DNA from: Deltaproteobacteria bacterium
GTDB taxonomy: Bacteria; Myxococcota_A; UBA9160; SMWR01
DNA length: 64,000 nucleotides
Reading direction: 5' to 3'
NCBI GenBank assembly: GCA_032128375.1
Contig: JAQBGU010000143.1
Span: 12,710-76,709 of the forward strand
The first letter of the stretch is position 1. Every line of letters begins with the position of its first letter. The notes below the pieces were generated by a model, which worked only from the letters and a program-made list of their open reading frames with translations, was not told the origin of the DNA and made no database searches. This document shows positions 9,073 through 18,935 of the stretch, piece by piece. Both the position numbers and the translations under genes were made by a program.

Positions 9073-9819
9073 CTAGCGATAGAACGCGCGGCGCCAGCCG
9101 TTTTTGTGGAACGGCTTCCATCCCCCCTCGGCCTGGCTCAGCCGCTCCGCGACCGCATACAGCACGACCGGATTCAAACCGAGTCCACAGTGACTGCCGA
9201 CAACTTCGATGTTTTCTGTGTGGTCGGTCTCGGGTTCGAGACATGCACGCCAGTGCACGACTCCGTCGGTCTTCGTGAATATCGATGTTGACGGCACATC
9301 CGGCGGCTCGCGCAGGCTCCTGGCGAAATCCGAGCGGGGCGCGGAATCGCTCCGCCCGATGCGCCTGAATAGACGGCTCGCATTGCTCGCCCGTCCGACG
9401 TCCGCGAACGGGCTGCCAAGCGTCACGACCTGACGCACATGGTCGGGCAACTGCTTGGCTAGTTCGCGCGCATACACGCCGCCGAGGCTCCAACCAACGA
9501 TCGAGACCTTCTGCGCGTAGCGACTGGCGAGTTCTTCGACGCGTTCTTTCATTCCCTCCCGCACGCCAGACCCGGGTCCAACGTTGCGGCCGAGCAACCA
9601 CGGGTGCGCGCCGAACCCCTGTCGCTTCAGGTATCGGCGCAAGGGGGTCGTCGAAGCGTCACCGGCTGTGAAACCGGGAAGCAGCAACACGGGTTGTCCA
9701 TCACCGCGCGGCGCACGCCGCAGTAAAGGGGTCGCCGATAGCATAGTCGCGCTCTCGAACAGCGCGCGCTGCCCTTCGACGAACAGCAGTCCGAGCGGCG
9801 GTGCGCTCCCGTCTGCCAT
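9073..9819 (-). CDS. Alpha/beta hydrolase (lipase/esterase)
   Basis: VLLLPGF oxyanion motif, GWSLGG nucleophile elbow, DGVV, SHCGL; coupled to WS/DGAT. Confidence 0.9.
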   Translation of the reverse strand: MADGSAPPLGLLFVEGQRALFESATMLSATPLLRRAPRGDGQPVLLLPGFTAGDASTTPLRRYLKRQGFGAHPWLLGRNVGPGSGVREGMKERVEELASRYAQKVSIVGWSLGGVYARELAKQLPDHVRQVVTLGSPFADVGRASNASRLFRRIGRSDSAPRSDFARSLREPPDVPSTSIFTKTDGVVHWRACLEPETDHTENIEVVGSHCGLGLNPVVLYAVAERLSQAEGGWKPFHKNGWRRAFYR

Positions 9820-11282
9820 CAGGCGGGCACCTCGTGCTTCTTTGCCAGCTCCTTCAATTCTTGTAGCGCATCACCCAGGTAGTCCATCAGGTCCCAGACA
9901 TCCGGCATCAATTCGCGACACGCGATGATTCCGAAGTCGAGACTGCCGTTGTAACTCTGAACAGTGATGTTCAACCCGACCCCATCGTTGATCGCGGAAA
10001 CGGGATAGTTGGCAACGAGCTGCGCGCCGATTCCGTAGATCGGGAATTGCGGTCCGGGCACGTTCGAGATGACAACGTTGAACGGAACGTCGACCCAGTT
10101 CGCGACGGTCGCACGCGCAATCACCCGGGCGGCACGCGCCGCTACAGCCGGCGGCGCAAATTGCGCGAAGTCCTGCAACAGGTTCGCGGGCAGCGCCTTG
10201 TGCTGCTCCTTCGCGACGCGCATCGATTCGTGGATGCGCGCGAGTCGCTGGACCGGGTCGGCGACGTGCGTGTGCAGCGAAGCGCTCATCGCCGACACCT
10301 GGTTGCCGAACGTTCCCTGCTGCTCTTCCGTCCGAACGGAAACCGGCACCATCGCGATCAGCGGGTCCGCGGGCAGCTCGTTGCGCTCTTCGAGATAGCG
10401 TCGCAGCGCTCCAGCACACAGCCCCATCACGACGTCGTTGACCGTCACGCCGAATTCGTTCTTGATCTCCTTTACCTCTTCGAGACTCAACGACCCGTAC
10501 GCGAAGCGGCGATGCGGCGTGATCGAGTCGTTGAACGACGTGCGCGGTGCCGCAGTGGCTGCCACGGACAGCATCGGATCGGGCTTGCGGCCGAGCGCGC
10601 GATTGATCAAGGAGGTCCCGGGCAGTTCACCAAAGCCGATGCTCTTGGCGAGGCCTGGCAGATGTCGAACGGCCTGCCGCGCCAGGCGAAAGCCTTTGCG
10701 CGGTGTCCCCATCACCGCCCACACACCGCGCGCCATCATTTCGATCTCGCTCGGTTGCGGCTCGGGTCGCCACGCTCGGCGCGGGGCATCCACCTTGCGC
10801 GGTTCTGGTGTCACGTCGAGCAGCGTTGCAAGCATCTCCGCGCCCGACACACCATCGATACAGCAGTGGTGAATCTTCGTCAGCTGCGCGATCAGACCGC
10901 CCTCGAGTCCCTCGATCAGATACAGCTCCCAGAGCGGGCGACTGCGGTCGAGCGGGCGCGCGACGATGCGAGACACCTGCTCGGCGAGTTGGCGTCGATC
11001 CCCCGGCGGGGGGAGACCCATGTGGCGCACGTGGAAGTCGATGTCGAAATCGGGATCTTCGATCCAATACGGGTGATCGAGCCCGAGCGGCACTTCGACG
11101 AGCCGACGCCGATAAGGTGGCAGCAGATGGATGCGCTCTTCGATCAACTGCTTCAGGTCATCGAGCCTCATCGGCCGAGACGCGGTCGACGGGTCGAAAA
11201 CCGCCAGGCCACAGACGTGACCGTAGGTGGTCGGGGTTTCCATGTTCAAGAAGCTGGTGTCGAGACCGCTGAGCTGTTGCAT
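9819..11282 (-). CDS. Wax ester synthase/diacylglycerol acyltransferase (WS/DGAT)
   Basis: HHCCIDG (HHxxxDG), PLDRSRPLWE, TVNDVVM, ISNVPGP; AAGGAG RBS before ATG 11282. Confidence 0.95.
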   Translation of the reverse strand: MQQLSGLDTSFLNMETPTTYGHVCGLAVFDPSTASRPMRLDDLKQLIEERIHLLPPYRRRLVEVPLGLDHPYWIEDPDFDIDFHVRHMGLPPPGDRRQLAEQVSRIVARPLDRSRPLWELYLIEGLEGGLIAQLTKIHHCCIDGVSGAEMLATLLDVTPEPRKVDAPRRAWRPEPQPSEIEMMARGVWAVMGTPRKGFRLARQAVRHLPGLAKSIGFGELPGTSLINRALGRKPDPMLSVAATAAPRTSFNDSITPHRRFAYGSLSLEEVKEIKNEFGVTVNDVVMGLCAGALRRYLEERNELPADPLIAMVPVSVRTEEQQGTFGNQVSAMSASLHTHVADPVQRLARIHESMRVAKEQHKALPANLLQDFAQFAPPAVAARAARVIARATVANWVDVPFNVVISNVPGPQFPIYGIGAQLVANYPVSAINDGVGLNITVQSYNGSLDFGIIACRELMPDVWDLMDYLGDALQELKELAKKHEVPA

Positions 11283-11295
11283 GGGGGGTTCTCCT

Positions 11296-11587
11296 TCAGA
11301 CACGTTGACACAAGAGGTGTTGAACCAACCCTCCCGCGTCGCCGATCAGGCGCAGTGTATCGTTTTCGAATTCGAACGTGCAGTTGAGATCTGTGCCGTT
11401 CCATTTCGGAAAGAGACTGTTCTCGATCCGCTGGATCGCGCTGTTTCCTTCGGCGTGGAACGTATCACTGTAGGCCATGCTGCCGGTGGCGGCCGCCGGA
11501 TGGGAAATTCGCGGGGCTTCGCCGGGCCTGCATGTACCCATCGGAAAATCGCCATCTCCCGACGAAGCAGACTTCGGCCTCGGTCAT
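11296..11587 (-). pseudogene. Degenerate lipocalin-like domain gene (frameshifted, internally deleted)
   Basis: ATG overlaps the ligase stop and reads MTEAEVCFVGRWRFSDGYM; another frame gives MAYSDTF...SLFPKWNG...DTLRL, matching the bacterial lipocalin-like pattern. Confidence 0.55.
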
Positions 11588-13155
11588 GACACCTGCCGAT
11601 CCCGGCCCGCCCAATACGGCGCGCGCAGGTCTTTCTTGAGCACCTTGCCGCTGGCGTTGCGCGGCAGTTCGTCGATGAAGTCGACCGATCTCGGCCGTTT
11701 GTAGCCGGCGATCTTGCCCGCGCAGTAGGCCATGATTTCGTCGGCGGTCGCGTTCTCGCCAGCGCGCAATACGACGATCGCTTTGACCGATTCGCCAAAC
11801 TTCTCGTCCGGCACGCCGATCACCGCTACGTCGGCGATAGCCGGGTGTCCGAACAACGCGTCTTCGACCTCTCGCGGATACACGTTTTCGGCACCGGATA
11901 CGATCATGTCTTTCGTGCGGTCCTGGATGTACAGGTAGCCTTCGTCATCGATGTAGCCCGCGTCGCCGGTGTGCAACCAGCCGCCGCGCATCGCCTCTTT
12001 CGTGGCGGCTGCGAGATTCCAGTAACCACTCATCAGCTGTGCCCCGCGAGCGACGATTTCACCAATCGTGTTGTTGGGCAGCGGCACGTCTGCCTCATCG
12101 ACGATCCGAATCTGCGTACCGGGCAGTGGACGGCCAGCGGACAACAACAGCTCGGGCTTACCGGCGAGCGCGCGTTCGTGGTCCTTTGCGGTCAGCAGAG
12201 TCAGCTGCGCGGTGGTCTCGGTCATCCCGTAACCCTGCATGAATGCGCAACCGAACACTTCGACAGCGCGCCTCAACGTGTCGCTCGCGATAGGGGACGC
12301 GCCGTAGACGATCAGGCGCAGGTCGTCGTAGCTGCGTTCGGCGACATCAGGTACGAGTACGAGGCAAGCCTGGATCATCGCGGGCACCAGCGTCGTACGT
12401 GTGATCCGCTCGGACGAAAGCGCAGCGACCACCGCGGCCGGGTCGAAATCCTCGTGGATCAGGATCGAGCCACCGCTACCGAATGTGCCGAGCGCTGTCA
12501 CCGCGGCGGCCGCGTGGTAAAGCGGTGCGACCACGAGTACCCGATCGGTGCGCTTCACTTCGACGGTCGGGATCTGCTGCATCAATTGTGACAGCACTGC
12601 GCGCTGCGTGATGACCACGCCCTTCGGGCGGCCGGTCGTGCCGCTGGTATACATCTGGTAGAGATCGCCATCGGGCGACAGCTCGAGTTGTGCGGGCGTC
12701 GTGTCCTGTGCGGCCAGCCAGTCGCCGAAATCTTCCCAATCGGTACGCGGCCCGTCGCCGAGCGCGATCCAGGATTCGACCGAATCCAGGTCCGCGCGCA
12801 GCGACTCGATGGCGTCGCAAAACGGTTTCGCTGCGATCACCAGCTTCGAGCCTGAATCTTCGATGATGTAGGCGAGTTCCGGAGCAGCCAGTCGGTAGTT
12901 CAACGGGACCGGTACGGCGCCGACGCGGGACGCAGCCATGAACACGACGGAGTATTCGAGGCAGTTCTTCGCGAGAAATGCGAAGCGATCGCCTGGTTCG
13001 AGGCCGGACTGGCGCAGCGCGTTTGCGAAGCGGATCGATTCTGCCTGCGCGCCCGCGTAGGTCAGCGTTCTGTCCGCGCAGACCGCGAACTCGGCATCGG
13101 GTTGTTCTCGGGAAAAATAGTCGAGTGCGTCGTGAAGAAGCATCGGAGACTCCAT
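11584..13155 (-). CDS. Long-chain fatty-acid--CoA ligase
   Basis: YTSGTTGRPKG, GYGMTET, HTGD, DRTKDMI, PRNASGKVLK adenylation motifs. Confidence 0.93.
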   Translation of the reverse strand: MESPMLLHDALDYFSREQPDAEFAVCADRTLTYAGAQAESIRFANALRQSGLEPGDRFAFLAKNCLEYSVVFMAASRVGAVPVPLNYRLAAPELAYIIEDSGSKLVIAAKPFCDAIESLRADLDSVESWIALGDGPRTDWEDFGDWLAAQDTTPAQLELSPDGDLYQMYTSGTTGRPKGVVITQRAVLSQLMQQIPTVEVKRTDRVLVVAPLYHAAAAVTALGTFGSGGSILIHEDFDPAAVVAALSSERITRTTLVPAMIQACLVLVPDVAERSYDDLRLIVYGASPIASDTLRRAVEVFGCAFMQGYGMTETTAQLTLLTAKDHERALAGKPELLLSAGRPLPGTQIRIVDEADVPLPNNTIGEIVARGAQLMSGYWNLAAATKEAMRGGWLHTGDAGYIDDEGYLYIQDRTKDMIVSGAENVYPREVEDALFGHPAIADVAVIGVPDEKFGESVKAIVVLRAGENATADEIMAYCAGKIAGYKRPRSVDFIDELPRNASGKVLKKDLRAPYWAGRDRQVS

Positions 13156-13156
13156 G

Positions 13157-13207
13157 GGTTGGCGCTTGATGAAGGTTGGCGCTTGATGAAGGTTGGCCCT
13201 TTGATGG
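13157..13207. repeat. 17-bp tandem repeat (GGTTGGCGCTTGATGAA x2 plus one degenerate copy)
   Basis: Read directly; immediately upstream of the acyl-CoA ligase start. Confidence 0.85.
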
Positions 13208-13239
13208 TTCGGGGCGAGAATTTTCTTGCAGACGTCAGG

Positions 13240-13785
13240 CGCGACCGGCGATGCCCAGTCCGCCATCGACGACGCGCACCTGCCCGGTCATCATATCGGA
13301 GCCTTCGACGATGCCCAGGATCGCAGCGGACGTCTTCCGGTTCACACACGCGACCGAGCAGCGATCGCTGGCCCATGTACGCCTTCGCGGCCTCGAACCC
13401 GGAACCCAGCGGACCCTCTAGCCTTGAACCGCCGATGAACCCGGGCGCGACTGCGTTGACTCGCAGTTTCGGACCCAGCACGCGCGCGAGTGTCACAGTG
13501 AGAATGTTCACGCCGGCTTGCGACGCGCAGTCGGGAATCGCGCTACCGATCCCGTATTGACCAGCCAAGCTCGACACGTCGACGATCTCGCCGCCGCCGT
13601 CTGCGCGCAGCAAGTCCGCCGCCGCACGCGCACTGGAACGGTCCCTTCAGGTTCACGCTGAGCGCGCGGTCCCGCGACTCGTCAGCGACCGCCTCGAGAT
13701 CGGCGTGCGGCACGAGGCTCGTCGTGCCAGCGTTGTCGACCGGCAGATCGAACCGACCGAATTCCGACGCGCGAAGGAGCAATCC
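13240..13785 (-). pseudogene. Short-chain dehydrogenase/reductase remnant
   Basis: FGRFDLPVDNAG...VNLKGPF in one frame, VDVSSLAG...RVNAVAPG in another; YxxxK degraded to DCASQ; N-terminal Rossmann motif missing. Confidence 0.8.
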
Positions 13786-13959
13786 TGTGGTCGAAAATGT
13801 GGGGAATCAATGGGCAGCCGCAACGACGCAGTGCGTCTGGCGCAGGCTGGTCCAAGCGTTGGATTATGGCCATAACATATGGTTTTTATTACATAAAATT
13901 CACTCCAGCAAGCAGACATTGACTCCTGACGCGATGCGTCTAAATTGAGCCCTGTGAGC

Positions 13960-14787
13960 ATGATTCCGAAATTCCTGAGGGTACCCGGGCGGTCGACCAG
14001 CGGACTCGCTGCTGCGGCTGGCCTACGGCTCGAACCCACCGAGGTCATTTCGACTCTGGTCATTCTCGAGCGACGCATCGAGGAACGCTTCCCGGGCTCG
14101 AACCTCGGTCGCCTCTGCGGCATCCTGCTCGAACTGGCGCGCAAGGCAGTGCTGAGGACAGAGTGGATCCGGCGTCCGCTGGTGCCACTGCGCGTCGGGG
14201 TCGCCGGACTCATGCTCGCCGTCTTGTTTGCGCCATTTGGGGCGCTGCGGTTCGTACCGGTGACGGTCGGCGGCCTGAACCTCGGCGAGATGCTCCAGGG
14301 CGTAGAAGCTGGGCTGAGTAGCCTCGTGTTGCTCGGCGCGGCGCTCTTCTCTCTCACCACATTGGAGCGCAGGGTGAAGCGGGGACGCGCGCTGCGAGCG
14401 CTGCACGAGCTGCGTGTGGCGGCGCATATCGTCGACATGTACCAGCTCACCAAGGATCCTATCGACCCGCGCATGCCGCAAGCGGCCACCAAGTCGTCCC
14501 CGAAGCGCGACATGACACTCTGGGAACTCGGCCGATACCTCGACTACTCGGGCGAGATGCTCGCGCTCACCAGCAAGATCGCGGCTCTCTATGTCGACGA
14601 CTTCGACGATCCCGTCGTGCTCGCCAACGTCGACGGCCTGCACACGCTGCTCGACGGACTCTCGCGCAAGATCTGGCACAAGATGGATATGGTCGATCGG
14701 CTCATCGCCTCGCTCGAGCGGTCCAGGCCGTTCGAGTCGGCCGCCGGCAATGCCGTTCGGTTGGGGAACCCAGCTCCTACCCCCTGA
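13960..14787 (+). CDS. Conserved hypothetical membrane protein (2 TM)
   Basis: RRIEERFPGSNL, LHELRVAAHIVDMYQLTKDP, YLDYSGEML, LSRKIW blocks; coding-like codon pattern; start uncertain. Confidence 0.7.
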   Translation: MIPKFLRVPGRSTSGLAAAAGLRLEPTEVISTLVILERRIEERFPGSNLGRLCGILLELARKAVLRTEWIRRPLVPLRVGVAGLMLAVLFAPFGALRFVPVTVGGLNLGEMLQGVEAGLSSLVLLGAALFSLTTLERRVKRGRALRALHELRVAAHIVDMYQLTKDPIDPRMPQAATKSSPKRDMTLWELGRYLDYSGEMLALTSKIAALYVDDFDDPVVLANVDGLHTLLDGLSRKIWHKMDMVDRLIASLERSRPFESAAGNAVRLGNPAPTP

Positions 14788-14984
14788 AAGTGAGGCCTGT
14801 GGCTCCCTGCCTTGCCGACGAGGAACCGAGGAGGGAGCTCACTACTTGCCCAATCGGGTCGGAGTAACAGACGGAAAGGGCATCCGGGTTCCAGCAGAGG
14901 CGAACCGGGCCCCGTTGGCTCATCGCGGCTACCCGGCGTCATCGTCGGTTCCGGGCGCTGAGCGGGCCGATCTGCGGGGTGCGG

Positions 14985-16139
14985 CTAACGGGTGCTGACG
15001 AATCGCCGCAGCGCCTCCTGCTCCTTGGAGGTGAGGGTCTGCCAGGCCTCCCTGGCGGCGGCGGCTTCCCCGTCGTGCCGGAGCATGGTCTCGATCATCG
15101 GATAGTGGGGGATGCTACCGTCGTGGAAGTTGTTGTTCTGGTCGAAGCGCTGTCCCCACAGCGCGCTCGTCCGGAACTCCTGCTTACCGGCCTGTCCGAG
15201 GTGCACGTCGGATCGGTCCATGAGCCCCATGTCGTGCAACAAGAAGTCCGAGTAGGGGTGGAACTCGACGCCCTGCAGTGCCTCGATGTCGATCGTCATG
15301 CCATTGACGGTGAAGGGACCGTCGGCCGTTCTTAGCGTCGGGGTATGACACGACGCGCAGCCTATCTCGGTGAAGATCACTTCGCCCTGTGCGACGAGAA
15401 GCCGCAGCGCTGCATTGACCACGGGCTCCGGGTGATCGAGCAGCAGCAGATACAGCCAATTCAGCACCGGGGGGAGGGGGCCCGTCTCGTCGAGGGCCAT
15501 CCCCAGCTCTACGTGATAGGCGCCCCGGACGAACTCCAGAAGTGTCGCCACTTGATTTTGGGAGCCCCAACGCATCACCCGGCCAGTCTCGGGGGACCGC
15601 ACCACGCGACCTCCGTTGCCGGCAGCCAGCTGATCGAAGACAGCGTCCGGTACGGCTTCTACGAGCCCGAGTCCCATCAGTTGCGGCGTCTTCCGGCTCT
15701 CCTGGGCGTTGGCCCATTCGGGAATCTCCTCGGCGAATCCGGAGTTGGAGAACTTTCGGAGTACGCGCCCGGCGGCTGGCAAGAACAGGTCCTTTCCGTC
15801 CGATCCGGTGACGCTCTGTCCGTAGATGGTCACACCACTACCCGGATAACCCGCAAGACCGTTTTGGGGGAAGTGGCAATTGGCACAGGTCGGCGCGTTG
15901 AAGAACGGGCCGACACCCTCTTCGCGGGTCCAGACGCGGAAAAACTCAGCCTCACCGAGCTCGAAGACGGCCATCTCCGAATTGACCAGGCCCTCGAGCG
16001 GAAACAGATTGGCCGGTCTGCCTTCTTGCGCTAGTGCTGAACCGGCGAGGAGCATCGCAACCGACGGGATGGAGATCAGATGGGAGCGGCATCGCCTCGC
16101 CCGTCTACTTGATTTCTTAGTTGTAATCCCCAGCGTCAT
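14985..16139 (-). CDS. Secreted di-heme oxidoreductase (DHOR)-family cytochrome c
   Basis: Signal peptide; GPFFNAPTCANCH and GCASCH heme motifs; LMGLGLVEA, PYSDFLLHDMG, FRTSALWG, HDG; GGAGG RBS. Confidence 0.85.
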   Translation of the reverse strand: MTLGITTKKSSRRARRCRSHLISIPSVAMLLAGSALAQEGRPANLFPLEGLVNSEMAVFELGEAEFFRVWTREEGVGPFFNAPTCANCHFPQNGLAGYPGSGVTIYGQSVTGSDGKDLFLPAAGRVLRKFSNSGFAEEIPEWANAQESRKTPQLMGLGLVEAVPDAVFDQLAAGNGGRVVRSPETGRVMRWGSQNQVATLLEFVRGAYHVELGMALDETGPLPPVLNWLYLLLLDHPEPVVNAALRLLVAQGEVIFTEIGCASCHTPTLRTADGPFTVNGMTIDIEALQGVEFHPYSDFLLHDMGLMDRSDVHLGQAGKQEFRTSALWGQRFDQNNNFHDGSIPHYPMIETMLRHDGEAAAAREAWQTLTSKEQEALRRFVSTR

Positions 16140-16398
16140 GCGGCCCCTCCAAACCGGTACCTGTCTCGAGTGGAAGTGGCCGTCATCGCGAGTTGGTGGC
16201 GATGGAAGCCGCTTGTGGATGCTGCAATTGTCAAAAACCATCGAGAGTGGGGTGACAAACCAACGATCGACCCCGTATCGATGGAGAATTCCACGGGTGC
16301 AAAATCTCCCAGTCGCAGGACCCCGAACTACCACCAAGACGGCTTGCCATCTCCGCATCGCCTGAGAGTCGCGTGCTCATTGCCTAACACACGAATAG

Positions 16399-16647
16399 GG
16401 CATCTTCTTTGCGGTTACCTCGGACGGGGGGGGCTACACGATCCCGATCGTCGCCCCGGGTACCTACGACGTGACGTTCAGCGGTGGCCCCCTCGCAAAT
16501 TCCCACCAGCGGACGATCACCCTCGGTTCGGTCAGCGCACTGCTCGACCTCGAGCCCATCGCCGTACCCGAACCGGAGCTTTCGCTTCTTGGCCCGATGG
16601 CACTCCTCGCGATCGGAACTGTGAGGACGCTGCGCCGGCGCACGTAG
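16399..16647 (+). pseudogene. Orphan 3' end of a PEP-CTERM surface protein (not in the ORF track)
   Basis: Frame after TAG 16396-98 reads GIFFAVTSDGGGYTIPIVAPGTYDVTFSGG...AVPEPELSLLGPMALLAIGTVRTLRRRT*. Confidence 0.75.
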
Positions 16648-16870
16648 CTTGCACCCGCCACGCGATCGGTTTCTCGCCGATCAGACTCCATCCCGGTGCG
16701 CCCGGTGCGCAACTACGGCGACGCACCAGACGCATTTCTGCGGTCTGGGCTGGGGAGCGCTGGTCGATCCCTCCACGCCCTGAACCCTACCCCGGGAGCC
16801 AGTTTAAACCTGATGGCCCCGGCAGTCGATAACGATTCTGGATCAATAGCCGTCCGAGTGATTGGAGCGT

Positions 16871-18778
16871 ATGGAGCGAAGAACCGTTCGACGCGTCAAG
16901 CGCAGAATCACTTGCGAGTTCTTCCAGGAAGATCGCGACTACAAGGGGATCGTCCTCGATCTGGATCTCACAGGGCTGTTCATCCGAACCAATGCCACGA
17001 TTCCACCAGGTGTGGAGATCGACATTCATATGGCAGCCTCGGCGGCAGCCCCTGCCATGACGGTGCGGGCACGGGTAGCCCGCCGCCGAAGCGTTCCTGC
17101 GAACCTCACCTCGATCATCAATCGCGGGCTCGGCGTTCAGATTCTCGAGGCGCCTGCAGAATACGGGCTGCTCCTCGGTTTCGGAAAACTCGACTCTCCG
17201 ATTCGGAATGAATTCAGTAGCAACACGACGATGCATCGCTCGAATTTCGATTCGGCCGATCCGGCTGCCAGCCAGCCGAATTCACCGGCCGCCACTCGAA
17301 AAGAATCGTTACCGATTCCGAGCACACCGCACGACCTGCGAGTTCCTCGTCGTCCAACCCCTTCGCGTAGACCCGGGAAAGCTTCGGGCCCGACCATTGG
17401 ATGCAACGCGGATCGCTCATCCCGGAAGCCGCGGCCCTCGGCGACCGCCGTGCTCGTGGGCGGCGACGAGTTGAACGAGATCGCCGATGTCCTGGTGGAA
17501 TTCGGAGTCGAAGTGATTCACCGAGAGCCCACGGATCCGGAGTTCGCGGTCCCGAGCGGCGCTCGGCTCCTCGTCGTCTCGGCGCGGCTCGCCCTCGAAC
17601 ACACGATACCGGTCGGCCGCCCGACAACGGTCAGTATCGCGGTCTGCGACGATGCGTCGAAGACGATCCGCTCGATGCTGGAGAAACGCGGCTTCCAATA
17701 TCTGCTTCGCCAGCCGGTGCACGGCGAGGCGCTTCGATTGTTGTTTCGCTATGCGCTCTTCGACCAGCCGGATCGACGCACGCAGACGCGGCTTCCCTTC
17801 GGCTACGCGGTGAGCTGGCGGGTGGGCTGGCGGCGAGAGCGGGGGTCGCTCCTGGAGATCTCGCTCGATGGCTGCCGCCTGCTCGCTGCCGACGCGCTGC
17901 CGTTGGACACTCGCATTCGAATCAAGATTCCAAGTGAGGTTGCGGGAGGCCGGACGCTCAGACTGCATGGGACGGTGATCCGCTGTTCTGCGCGCGGATC
18001 CCGCGATCGTCTGGAATGCGTCGATGTGGGCGTGGTCTTTGATGATCTGACGCCCAAGTTGCGCGACCAGCTGACTCGTTTCCACGACCTCTGGTCCGCG
18101 GGCCCTCCCGTACTGAAGAAGACGGCTCTGACCGAAGCCGCCGGATCTGAACCCGATCAGAACATCGCGGCAGTGAAGACTCGCGAAGAATCGGAATTCC
18201 CGGGCTCACAGCCGCCCATCGTCGAAGAAGCAATTGACCAAGAGGCGATCGCCAGCGAAGCGATTGACGTAGCTCCGGCTACCCAAGCGGCCGACGAAGA
18301 GGGTCGCGACGAAAAATGGGTCGACGTCGTCACTGACGAAAGTGCTCCGGCTTCGACCGATCGCCGCCAGAATCCGCGCGGTCGATGGAATCAGGAAATT
18401 GTCGAAGTCGACGCCGAACAACACGTCGTTCAAGCGCTTCTCGGCCGCGATCTCTCGATGGGTGGCGTCCGCATCGATCCCCAGGCTGGCCTCGACTCGG
18501 GGGACCCACTTCAGATCGCGATCTTCGACACAACCCGGCGAGAGCCGCTGATCTTGCATGCGATTGTTGCCCGAGACGACGAGCGTGCCGGCATGGGGTT
18601 GCATTTCGTCGATCTATCTGAGGAAACCGCGGCGCGCCTGGCGGAGATGATCGCTGCGTTACCAGCCGTGGAGTCGCTCGGCTCATCGGGCACCCCCAGC
18701 GCGGTTCCGGCCGGGATCCTCTCGAACAGCGACCAGAATCCGTCGCCACAGAGTCAGTCAGCCAACCACACGAAATGA
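16871..18778 (+). CDS. Multi-PilZ domain protein (three PilZ-like domains, degenerate receiver-like middle)
   Basis: RxxxR and (D/E)xSxxG pairs: ERRTVRR/DLDLTG, DRRTQTR/EISLDG, DRRQNPR/DLSMGG. Confidence 0.85.
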   Translation: MERRTVRRVKRRITCEFFQEDRDYKGIVLDLDLTGLFIRTNATIPPGVEIDIHMAASAAAPAMTVRARVARRRSVPANLTSIINRGLGVQILEAPAEYGLLLGFGKLDSPIRNEFSSNTTMHRSNFDSADPAASQPNSPAATRKESLPIPSTPHDLRVPRRPTPSRRPGKASGPTIGCNADRSSRKPRPSATAVLVGGDELNEIADVLVEFGVEVIHREPTDPEFAVPSGARLLVVSARLALEHTIPVGRPTTVSIAVCDDASKTIRSMLEKRGFQYLLRQPVHGEALRLLFRYALFDQPDRRTQTRLPFGYAVSWRVGWRRERGSLLEISLDGCRLLAADALPLDTRIRIKIPSEVAGGRTLRLHGTVIRCSARGSRDRLECVDVGVVFDDLTPKLRDQLTRFHDLWSAGPPVLKKTALTEAAGSEPDQNIAAVKTREESEFPGSQPPIVEEAIDQEAIASEAIDVAPATQAADEEGRDEKWVDVVTDESAPASTDRRQNPRGRWNQEIVEVDAEQHVVQALLGRDLSMGGVRIDPQAGLDSGDPLQIAIFDTTRREPLILHAIVARDDERAGMGLHFVDLSEETAARLAEMIAALPAVESLGSSGTPSAVPAGILSNSDQNPSPQSQSANHTK

Positions 18779-18935
18779 CTGGCGCTGCATCCAACTTTCC
18801 GAGAGCTGGCGCGCATAACGCTCGGCGCTCGTACAACATGATCGCGATGGACGAGTCCGCCGTCTACCCAGAGGCGATTCCGTTAGGCAAGAAGCTATCC
18901 ATCTTCGACCCCTGAAGCCCAGCGTCACTCTCGAC

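Noticed and set aside
13157..13207. Short repeats as a CRISPR array (also 49890-49923)
   Set aside because: Contiguous tandem units with no spacers and no cas genes
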